A stretch of DNA of 64,000 bases from the human T2T-CHM13v2.0 reference genome, Homo sapiens, in assembly GCF_009914755.1 (NCBI RefSeq), contig NC_060926.1; one strand, written 5' to 3'. The notes under the pieces are model-generated. The model saw nothing but the letters and a program-made list of their open reading frames with translations. It was not told the origin of the DNA and did no database searches. The position numbers and the translations under genes are program-made. Positions 1 through 27,784 of this stretch are shown in pieces; the stretch's first letter is position 1, and each line of letters opens with the position of its first letter.

Positions 1-275
1 TAATCCTAGCACTTTGGGAAGCTAAGGTAGGAAGACTGCTTGAGGCCCACAGTTCTGAGACCAGCCTGGTCAACATAGCCAGACCCCATGTCTATAGGAA
101 AAATTTAAAAACTACCTGGCTGTGGTGGTACACACCTGTAGTTCTAGCTACTTGGGAGGCTGAGGCAGGATTGCTTGAGCCCAGAAGTTTGGGGCTGCAG
201 TGAGCTATGATAGCGCAACTACACTCCAGCCTGGGCAACAGAGCACGACCCTGTCTCAAAATACATAAATAAATA
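1..275 (+). mobile_element. Alu (AluJ-like), cut by the window start
   Basis: Alu dimer ending in an A-rich tail. Confidence 0.9.
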
Positions 276-519
276 AAGAAATAAATAGCTCTTCTAAATA
301 ACATGTAGGTCAAATAAGATATCATAAAGGAAATGTAAAAAAATTTTTGAACTGAATGTTAACAAAATTTCTGTGTATCAGTGCTTATAGCTAACACGGG
401 GGTACAGCTAACACAGAAATATATATCCTTAAATGCATGTATCTTAAAAATAAGAAAGATTGAAAATTAATGAGCTGAGATTGAATTGCAAAAAGCCAGA
501 AAAATAAGATATGGGATGC

Positions 520-865
520 TATATTATTATTCACAAAGATTCACTGCCCATCTCTGGGCATTGGTATTAGGCTGAGTCATATTTCTTCCTCTGGTCAGTG
601 GAATATGTACAGAAGTGTTATGTGTCACACCTAGACAGAAGTTTTAAGAATCAACATATGGTTCACCATATCATCTCTTCTCCTTCTGCCATGATAATTG
701 TCAATGTTTTAGACAGTGGCTGCTTTGCTAGCTTGAGCCCCAGAGTGAAGAAATATGGAGAAAAGCCCAGCCAAGCTGGGTGGAATAGGTGGCAGGAGTG
801 AGAAATAAACTAAGTTGGTGAAAGCCCTGAGATTTTGGGGGGAGTTTTTTACTATGTATCATAAC
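520..865 (+). mobile_element. Old MLT1-like MaLR LTR fragment
   Basis: agaagtgttatgtgtcac, gagaaataaac and agccctgagattttgggg motifs. Confidence 0.55.
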
Positions 866-1261
866 CTAACCTTTCCCTACTGTTATTTAAGTACAGAAGA
901 AACTTGAATACAATAAGATAAATGAAATAATAAAGATAACAAAATTAATGCAGTGGAAAGCAACATGTAATAGAGAGGATCATTATAAACAAAAACTGGT
1001 TCTTTTTTCAAAAGTAATAAAATTTATAAATCCCTGGAAAATTATCAAGAAAAATTTTAAAAAGAGATAATGCACAAATAATGAATATGAATACCAGTAA
1101 TGAAAATTCAAATAGCACTATAAATTCTACGAACACTTAAAAGATAAGCAGATTTTATAATTAACTTCATGCCTAAAATGTAAAAAGCTAGATGAAACGT
1201 ATTCCTAGGAAAAAAAAAAAAAACTTACCAAAAATTGACCAAAGAAGAAATGGAAATTTGA

Positions 1262-1583
<322 letters not shown>

Positions 1584-1864
1584 TAATTTTTAAAGAAATC
1601 CAATCAGTAATTTTTAAACCTTCCCATAAATAGCTGAATGGAAAAATAATGCTTTATATGAACTCTTTGGAGAAAAGAAAAAAATATATATACCCTCTGA
1701 TTCATTTACAAAGCTATCATAATTTTGATGACCAAAAGCCAATGAAGACAGTTCCAGATGAGAAAATTTAGCCGTATCTCATGGATACCAGAATTCTAAA
1801 CAAAACATTTTATTAGCAATTCAAATCAAACAATATATAAAAAGGAAAATACATATTGATCAAT

Positions 1865-2468
1865 GTGATAGACAGAATAATGGCCCCCAAAGATGTTTAT
1901 GTCCTAATCCTTGAAATCTATGAGTGTTATTTATTTAGGAGTGCAGTGGTGCAATCATGGCTCACTGCAGCTTTCAGCTGTAGCTGGGATTATAGGCATA
2001 TACCATCATGCCTAGCTAATTAAAAAAAATTTTCTTTTAAATATAGACAGGGTCTGGCTCTATTGCCCAGGCTAGTCTCGAACTCCTGGCCTCAAGCAAT
2101 CCTCTCGCCTCAGCTTCTGAAAGTGCTGGGCTTACAGCCATAAGCCACCATGCTCAGATTGAATGTTATTTTACATGCAAAAAGGACTTTGCAGAGGTGA
2201 TTAAATTGAGGACCTTGAGATGGGGAGATTATCTTGGATGATCTCCATGAGCCCAATATAATCACAAGAGTCTTTCTAAGAGGGAAACAGGAGGGTCAGA
2301 GTCAGAGTAGAGGTGCCCATGGAAGCAAAGGTTGGAGTGATGAGCTTTGAAGATGTAGAAAGGGGTCACCAGCCAAGGAATGCAGTCGGCCTCTAGAACT
2401 GATCTTCCCTTTTCATGTTTCTAGAGGCCAGCTGGTTCTTTGGGGGAAAAAACAAAAACAGACAATAA

Positions 2469-2503
<35 letters not shown>

Positions 2504-2695
2504 AATTGATAAATCCCTGTCAAATCATGAGTAGTAGATTTGAGAAGAAATGCAGCTCTGCCAACACCTTGATTTAGTTCATAAGACCTACTTTGGACTT
2601 CTGACCTCAGGAATTTTAAGATAATGAATACATGTTGTTTAAAGCCATTTAAATGTGTGCTAATTTGTTAAGAAGCAATAGGAAATTAATACAAC
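1865..2695 (+). mobile_element. MLT1 (MaLR) LTR, MLT1D-like, interrupted by an Alu
   Basis: Starts tgtgatagacagaataatggcccccaaagatg and ends gcaataggaaattaataca, with typical internal MLT1 motifs. Confidence 0.8.
2466..2505. repeat. (TAAA)n microsatellite
   Basis: Read directly. Confidence 0.9.
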
Positions 2696-2858
2696 TAAGT
2701 TGATTCCAGAAATGTGAGGACGGTTTAACCTTTGAAAATCAAAGTATTTCACCATATTAATGGATCTAAGGAAGAAAAATCATATGACAATCTCAGTAAG
2801 TGCAAAGAAGTATTCGTAAAATTCAATTTCAATCATAATGTTTTTAAAAAACCTTTAA

Positions 2859-3695
<837 letters not shown>

Positions 3696-5044
3696 CAGAT
3701 GGAGCAAAGATATATTTTAAGGCTCAAAACTGCTATAATCTCTGAGTGGCCAGACACTCAAGGCTAGCCTTAGGAGTGATGGGACTTAAAACCAGACCAG
3801 CTAAGCTGCACTGAAAAGGCTCTGAGCCCTTGTGGGTTGGGATGGCTTCTCTCCCTCAGGATGGCAGTAGCTGGGCAGAGAACCAGCACTGGGCAAGATG
3901 GAGAAATCATGGGCTCCTGCTCTGGAGAGGGGCCCATTGTAGCAGTCTTGCAAAATGACATAGAAGCCACTAACAAGAATTAAGAGTCACCTGGGACCCC
4001 GAGGAACAGAAGGGACTGGGATGGTGGGAGGGAGGGCAGTGCCTGGAGAGATATTGGTATCTCAATCATGAAGTGAGTGGCTGGGGATAAAAAACACCCC
4101 AAAGCTCTCATCTCCAAGTGTGGGAAAATCTTCAACATTCTGAGATTCTAAAATTAATATAACAAATAATTACTGAGTGTCTACTATGTGCAAGCACAAA
4201 GAATTCATGATTCTGAAGCTTGCCTTTGTAGGACTTCATCTCTTAGCGTAATGATTACATGTAGTTTTTCTGGCAGCTGACAAAGGAAAAGACCATATAG
4301 CCAGCTCCTGGCAGAGTTTTAATGACAACATTCTGGGAGGGCTGGTTCAGTATTGAAATTAAGTAAGACATAAGATACCATGGGCAGGATGTGCTCTGAG
4401 CCAATGATCATGGTAATGAGTAAAAGTTGATTTCCGAATGTAGCGATCCTGAGCCATGCACATGACTACATAAAGTTGGGAAGGCAGTTGTCATTGTGCT
4501 CTACTTCGCATATACTGATGATCTGAGTGGCTGAAATGACTGTTGATCATGAAGCAAATGTTTAATTTATATTTAAATTTAGGATTTCTAGGGTGACAGC
4601 AAGGTGGAGTGTCATAAAAAAGTCAGAGCACTGGTCAGAAATCTAGCATGTGCTGGGAACACAGGGCTCTAAGGGACCCCACATGGTAAGTATGAAAGAA
4701 GAGGCCAGAGTGGAAGGTGGGGAGGGCATCTCATTAGGCTTGGTGCTCTACTTCTGATGGCTGGGAGCACTTGGTGACCTCCAGCCCAACTACTCACAGC
4801 CATTGTGACAACTAGTATAAGAATGATTTGATGAAGGCGAGGAGAATGTCATAATAATCATCCATAATAAATTTTTGAGTCAGTACACAGGAAGAACAGA
4901 AACCATCTACACCTAAGGTACTGTTGACCTTGACATGGCTTTACTATTGCAGGAAACTCTTACCCAGGATGATAAAAGTTGTAAATAACTTCACTGTTTT
5001 TTGCAGAAGTTTTCAGAAGAAACCATTTAAATGAACTCGATGAC

Positions 5045-5875
<831 letters not shown>

Positions 5876-6104
5876 TAAGACTACTGGTCTTTAAGGCCTT
5901 TGATTACTAGACCAACACCCCTGAGAAGCGTTGGTCACTAGATGGCTGAAGGCTTGTCCCTGCTGGAAAAGAGCTGTGAAGGGGTCAGGCGTGTGTGGAG
6001 GAACAGCTCATTACAAATGTGAGCCATGACAACTGTTCCTCCCCACACTCTTTCATCCTGAGCCCAGGAGTTCAAGGCTGCAGTGAACTATGATACTGTT
6101 GTAT

Positions 6105-10046
<3,942 letters not shown>

Positions 10047-11795
10047 TTGGCCAGGCGCAGTGGCTCAAGCCTGTAATCCTAGCACTTTGGGAGGCCAAGG
10101 TGGGTTCTTGTTCCTAGTTTTTTTACACCCCTGAGAAATGTTGGTCATCAGAGGGCTGGGGTTTTGTCCCTACTGGAAAATAGCTGTGAAGGGGTCCGGC
10201 GTATGTTGAGGAAGAGCTCATTAAAAATGTGAGCCATGAAGACTGTTCCTCCCCACACTCCTTTATGCCCACACATACATGAGTATTGGTGACCCCCTTA
10301 AAGCAACAAGCAGTGATTCCCTCTACAGTTAGTTCACTAGGTGCTCTACAACCTGGGGGCAGGGCTGGCAAAGGACTAGGAAAAAAGAGGCAGGAAAGGA
10401 GGTCTTATTTCTGCCAAGGTCGCCTCCCTCTTATCAACCCTGCTGTTCACTCCCTGCCCCAGGGCTGACTCCCAGGAATGCCAGGCGTGGGGCAAATCAC
10501 AGTGTGTTCTCGGGTCACCCTAATCCAACCGCTCTCTCCAAGTGAAATCCGGTTCTGGTGACCATCAAAGGCAGCCAAAGGGTAACAAAAAGCCAGCTTG
10601 AGGAGTTGACTGGAGTAAGCCAGGAGTTTACAGACTGCTTGACTAAACTGTCTCTAAATTCCAACTGCCAGAGCAGCTTCAGCTTCCCTTCATCTACCTC
10701 CTGGCCTCTGGGGGTTCAGAACAGTCCCCAGGTGCTCAGAGCAGCACCCACCGTTAGGAAATCCTGCCCACCAAACAAGGACTGGAGCTGCATTTAGAAC
10801 CCGGAGAGGAGGGCCTCCACATGGGAGTCGGGGGTCAGTGGGAACAGGAAGACTGTCTTCAACTAATCACCCTGTGTGGCTTCATGTGAAAGGCCACACG
10901 GGACTATGCACTAGGAGCCTGGGTTCTGCTTGACATAAAAACCTTCCCTCGGTTACAGTTGTCCAAAAACACTTAGGGCAGTGGTGAAGACTCCAGAGGG
11001 AGGACGTGGAGCACCTTCTAACTCTTAGGAGTCTGCTCAAAAGTTTGCCCTGACCCTGCTGTCTTTTGAGTCTTCAGTCTGGACCATACAATGTGTCACT
11101 TAAATGCCGGTGGTTTTTGGTTTCGGGTCTTGCTGTGGCTTCTCCAGCACTGGTCTGTGAGCTGCGGCGGCAGCGGGGCCGGGCCCCTGTAAGAGGTCTC
11201 CCCCCAAGGGTGGACCTCGGCTGCCCCCGCTAGGCCCCGCCCCGTAGTCCTGTGAACTTCTGGGCACCCCACAGCCCTGGGCTAAACCCTGCTAAGCACT
11301 CCATAGAGCTTTGATCACAGTCTTAGACCAGCATGAAGAAATAAATAAATACCAAGGTGGTGAAACAGCCTAAAGCCTTTAAGAAATCCAGGGCAACAGA
11401 GATTCCACAGAGGACAGGTCAACGGGTTAGGGAAGTCAAGTTGGAAAGAGGAACTCCGCTAAAATAAGAAAATACAAATGCTCCCAGCAGAGGGGCGTCC
11501 AGAGAGTCGCGGGCCTGGGAACGGGCCTGGGTCCTCGCGAGCATGCCTGGCCCGCATCGCAACAGGGCGGGGCGGACAGCGGCAGGCCAGCTCCCGGGAG
11601 GCTCGCCGTCGGGGTTGGGGCCTGTCGGCCGGCCTCTCCCCATTTTTGTGACGTGTCAGGGGCAGCAGCGGTGACGGGGCCACCACACAAAGCCAGGTCG
11701 TCGGGCAGTGGTCTCCCAGGCTAAGAGCCCCGATGGGATGGGGAGGGGGCGGGAAGCGAGGCGCCCCCGGGCGCCGGGGCTCCGCGCGGGATTAA

Positions 11796-12630
<835 letters not shown>

Positions 12631-13319
12631 CAGCCAGGGCAGTTAGGAAGGTCCTTCTGCCGCGAGAGAAAAATCACATGTGGTTTGGGGGCTTGGAGGG
12701 AAGAGAAACGGCTTTTGCTCTGTGTCCTTTAGGATAATGTGGCTAACTCTGTCTACCGTGAAATGGTGGTATCTGCATATCATGAGATCAGTGCATTGGC
12801 TGGACTCTGCCCCCCACCGCGGTCCGAGGGTGGGGTGTCCCTAAACTCCATCAGGTGAAGTGTGTCTGTGTCGTCTTTGTCCATAGTTCTCGCAAGTGAC
12901 GTTGAAAACGGAGCTCCGTCCGAAGCAGACAGGGGCGAGGGTTTGACGAGCTCCAGGGTGGGGTGGTGGAGAAATGGGGAAGAGGCTTGGCCAGCCTCAG
13001 TTTCCTCATCTGTGGCGATCTCGGGACACATCCAGCTCTAGCAGTCGGTGGCTTTAGCAGTAGGGCTGGTTTGGCTGGGCCGGGCTCTTGTGCTGGGGCG
13101 GGAAAGCACCCTGATGTGGCAGCGGGGAATACCCCGCCCCAGTCTCTAACCTCAAATCCTGTTCCTGGGGCCTTCAGCTTACCCTCCCTGAGTCCTCTCT
13201 GTGGGCACAATCACTTAGGAGGCTTTGTGGAAGGAGGCAGGGAATAAATGAATACAGATATAAATAATTTTTAAAGACTGCTCAGCCTGTTGAAGGCTCT
13301 GAGAGGGACAGATCGTGAT

Positions 13320-13550
13320 AGTAATAGTAATAGTCAACGCTTACTTCGTGCTTCCTGTGTGCCAGACACTGTCCTGAGCACTTTAATCAACCCCGTGAAG
13401 CAGGTACTCTTGTTTGTCCCACTTTACAGATAAGGAAACTGAGGCACAGAGCAACTAAATAACTTGATCAGCTAGCCAATAAGTTGTGGAACCAGGATTT
13501 GTGCCCAGGTTTCTGAGTACATCCTTTAAATCACTTGCACTATTACCTCT
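13320..13550 (-). mobile_element. MIR element
   Basis: cccactttacagataaggaaactgaggcacagag core. Confidence 0.75.
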
Positions 13551-13619
13551 CAAAGATGTACAGCACAAAATCCTTGCCCTTGAAGAGCTCCCACAGTGAA
13601 TGGGGAGGCAAGAAAGTGA

Positions 13620-20675
<7,056 letters not shown>

Positions 20676-21120
20676 CTTAAAAATGGGGAAAACCAATTAT
20701 GGTTACATAGAAATTAGGAGCATGTAAAAGTACATTATTAAACCACTTCATGTATTTTTTCTCTTCAATCATTTGGGGAGAATTCTTCTTGGTTTAAGAA
20801 CTTATTATCCACAGCACAGCATATGTATGACTTTGTCCCTTATTTTAAATTCTGAAATTCTGGGAATTTGTCCCCGAGTCCTGGGAACTCTGTCTTCCCA
20901 ACCATTAAACTACAGCAGAAAATAAATCCAAGGGGCAATTTGTATTGTGACCATAGTAGAATGCCTGTGTCTTTTCTTTAAAGGCTGTTGAAATTTATGA
21001 AAAATGTGCCTTTATTTTCTCAGACCTGAGCCATTCATGTACTGGGTATGGGTGGTTGGGTGGGTCCAGGAGTGTGCAACTCCCTCCATTATCCGCCTTG
21101 TTCGGGGTTTGCTGCTCTGA

Positions 21121-21375
<255 letters not shown>

Positions 21376-21429
21376 TGAGTCATTTGGTCACCTGAGCAAC
21401 AAGTCTCTCTTACAAGCTGCCCTTGCACT

Positions 21430-21750
21430 TACAGTAGCCACTGGCTGCACATGGCCCCTTGAGCACTTGGAGTATGGCTAGTCCACATTGAGATGTGCTG
21501 TAAGTATAAAGCATACACAAGGTTTCAAAGACTTAGTACAAAACAAAGAATAGAAAAGAGCAGTAACTTTTTATGTTGATTACATGTTCAGATGGTATAT
21601 TTTGGATATATTGGGTTAAATAAAACATGTTATTAAAATTAATTTCACCTTTTACCTTTTTCAGTGTGACTAAAAAAAATCTTAGTAGAAATTTTTAAAT
21701 TACACATGTGGTTCACATTTGTGGCTTACATCATATTTTTTTGGACAGTG
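21430..21750. mobile_element. MER3/MER33-like hAT-Charlie DNA transposon
   Basis: gtagccactggctgcacatggcc...ttgagatgtgctgtaagtataaa...ttggacagtgct. Confidence 0.7.
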
Positions 21751-22014
21751 CTTGGTTGACTTAATATGTGCCTGGCCCTTTGGGCTCCTTGGGTCAGGGG
21801 GCTCTCAGGAAAATAAAACCTCAGTGAACCTGTGACCTAGTTAGAAACAGGCAAACATGCAGAGTTGGCTAGGGACAGAAGAGCTCCATAACAGGGCAAG
21901 CCCATTTAAGTCCACGTGTATTTATCAAGCACCTACTGAGTACAAGACACTGAGGGAGGTAGAGGACCCACCTCTCCCTCCCAGAAGGAGTATGGTCACA
22001 ACTTTCTCTGGACT

Positions 22015-22180
22015 TTGCTGCTCAAAATGTGGTCCACCCACCAGCAGTGTAGGCATCATTGGGGAGCTGGTTAGAAATGCAATTAAGAGAAAAAAAAAAA
22101 GAAATGCAATTAAGAATTAGAATCTGTGTTTTAACAAGCTCTCCTGGGTGATTCATATGTGCATCCAAGTTTGAGGCTGT
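22015..22180. mobile_element. MER5A-like DNA transposon
   Basis: ctcaaaatgtggtcc...gcatcattggggagctggttagaaatgca...tttaacaag...ggtgattcatatg. Confidence 0.7.
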
Positions 22181-22290
22181 GGCTGTGTTAGATTACAATG
22201 TATCCTGAGCTATAATAGTGGCATGGGTATGTCATTAGAAACTCAAAAGAGGAGGGGGAGGGGGTAAAAAAAAACTCAAAGAGGAAGTGA

Positions 22291-22374
22291 TCCCTCCCTC
22301 CCTCCCTTCCTTCCTTGCTTCCTTCCCCTCTGTCTCTCTCTTTCTTTCTGTCTTTCTGTCTGTCTTTATTTTCT

Positions 22375-22376
<2 letters not shown>
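22291..22376. repeat. Pyrimidine-rich (CCCT/CCTT/CTTT/CTGT)n tract
   Basis: Read directly; probably an expanded Alu tail. Confidence 0.85.
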
Positions 22377-25648
<3,272 letters not shown>

Positions 25649-27615
25649 AGCATTTTTTTAAATAGTGTAAATGTGGCTTTATAAAACATGCCCTGCATTG
25701 TCTAATTTTTCCCCAGCTTGGTGGAAGCTCTGTTGTAAACTGCCACTGGTCCTCCAGGAACCGCCACTAGCCACACCCCATCAGCATGCCTGAAATGTCC
25801 TTCTCTGCCTCACTGCCCTTGTCTCCATGTGCAGGATAATGATAAATACGCATACCCTGTATTTATCTTGCTCTTTTCCAAAGAAAAGTTCAAAGCTCTT
25901 TTCTGGACTTTGCCCTATTAATGCCTTCAGCATCGCTGTGATAGGCAGTGAGGAGTAGGTGTTATTATCTCTCCCTCACCCACGAGGAAGACGCAGCCCG
26001 AGCAGGGAGGAAATGAGCCCGTGGCTTGAGACCAGTGCAGGGAACGCAGAGTCACTGCCCAGCTTGGAAGGACTGTGGGCCACATACCTCTGGGATGTGT
26101 CATCTGTGGCCCTGGCCCAGGGAGTGGATGGCCTATCTGGGAAGACTAGCAAATCCCCTCAAAAGATTCAGCTTTGGAGAGTTAATTAATAGAGAGAGCA
26201 GGTCAGGCGTGCAGAGGCTGAATGGGCCCATTGGTAGAGGCATTGGAGGAGTTCAGCTGAAGGGAGCTCCCTGGTAGTCAAGGAGGCTTTCAGGAGAAGG
26301 TGGGCCTGAGCAAGGCCCCAAAGGATAGAAGAGGACCTGGTTAGGCCAGGGGGAAGGGGACCTGAGGAAGCACAGGCAAAAGAGGAATGTGGATTTACAA
26401 AAGCCAGAAGGACCAGTTGGGAAGGTGAATTTGGCTTCTCCAGAGCCTGTCTGTGCCACGCTTCATTTCTCTTGGCTTCTGAGAGGGCAGTAGATGGTAA
26501 GGAGTGCTGGAGGCTTGCCCTGGGGTCACAGGGACCCCAGACTCTTACCTCCCTACAGGGAGACAGGGGTAGCACCTTCCTGCCAGTGACAAATGCCAGG
26601 TGTGGGATGAGAGCTGCATCTTCGGGGAGTTTTATGGACAGATTGGTGCCTGTGTGGCGGGAGCAGTGCCCAGGGCCTGGCCCATAGGCATTGTGAGCCA
26701 GCTGAGGACAGGATCAGAGGCAGGGGGCCAGAGCAAATGGCCTGCAGAGGCGGGAGGTTACAAGGAGAACTGGGGCCATGTCCAAGGTCAGAACTCACGT
26801 GCCAGGGTGGCACAGCCCAGGGCCAGCACAGCCTCCCTCAGGCAACAGCACAGGATCCCAAGCCACAGTAGGGGTGATCATGGCTGACAAGACCACTGCA
26901 GGCCCTAAGGGAGGCCCTGAGAGTTCCTCTGTGGGATGGAGATTGAGATGTAAGCAACTTTTGAAAAAGGAGGGGAAAGAAAACACGTTTAAATTCAGCC
27001 ACTCTTGGCCTCCGTGATTCTGCACTTTGACCCATTTCTGATAGGAAGAGGATGGTGACGCAGCAGGCCCTCTCCTCCTCAATCTGTCCCTCTGCCACTG
27101 TAGGGGGAGACATAAGCTTTAGGGTCCTCACAGGCTGTTTCTAAGGCCTTTCACCTAATTATGATTTGCATATACATGTACACAAGAGGACTCCCAAAAT
27201 GAGAAGCCTGGGGCTCCACAAAACTTAACTCCATCTCTGACTCCCCACTTGTGTTTAGAATAAATGCCTGAGCTTCTGAGTGCCCCCCGGGGCTGCAGTC
27301 TTTGGGGGGATTCAGGAGAGGGAAGACAGGGCCTAGTCTGCAAGGTCTCTGGAGTCTTGCTGGGGGCATAAAACGCACACACATGAAACAATTAGGGACT
27401 CATAGGAGAATTTTATTGAGAACCACAATGTAGGCTGCAGACCATGGGTGAGAGCGGGGAGCTGTCGGCATGTGCTTGAGCATCAAAGAAGGCTTTCTGG
27501 AGGAGGAGGGGAGTTCTGAGCAAGGTCTGAGGCAAACAAGGTCCAGGTTCAGTGGGGGTGTTCACCCCAAGGTAACTTTGGGGCAGGCGCTGGTAACATG
27601 TCCTTGTCATTTCAG

Positions 27616-27784
27616 CCACAGTACATGTGTGAGGCCATGCTGATCCTGGGCAAACTGCATTACGTGGAGGGCTCATACCGAGATGCCATCAGCATGTACG
27701 CACGGGCCGGGATTGATGACATGTCCATGGAGAACAAGCCCCTGTATCAGATGCGGCTGCTGTCGGAGGCTTTTGTCATCAAAG
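27616..27784 (+). CDS. TTC7A: TTC7A exon 3 (169 nt, [28 protein letters not shown]...AFVIK), TPR-like helices
   Basis: Acceptor tcatttcag| and donor AAG|gtagct. Phase 0 to phase 1, in frame with exon 2. Confidence 0.97.

Noticed and set aside
4500-4560. TGATGA and CTGA motifs resembling snoRNA C/D boxes
   Set aside because: The boxes are adjacent, with no proper spacing or terminal stem.
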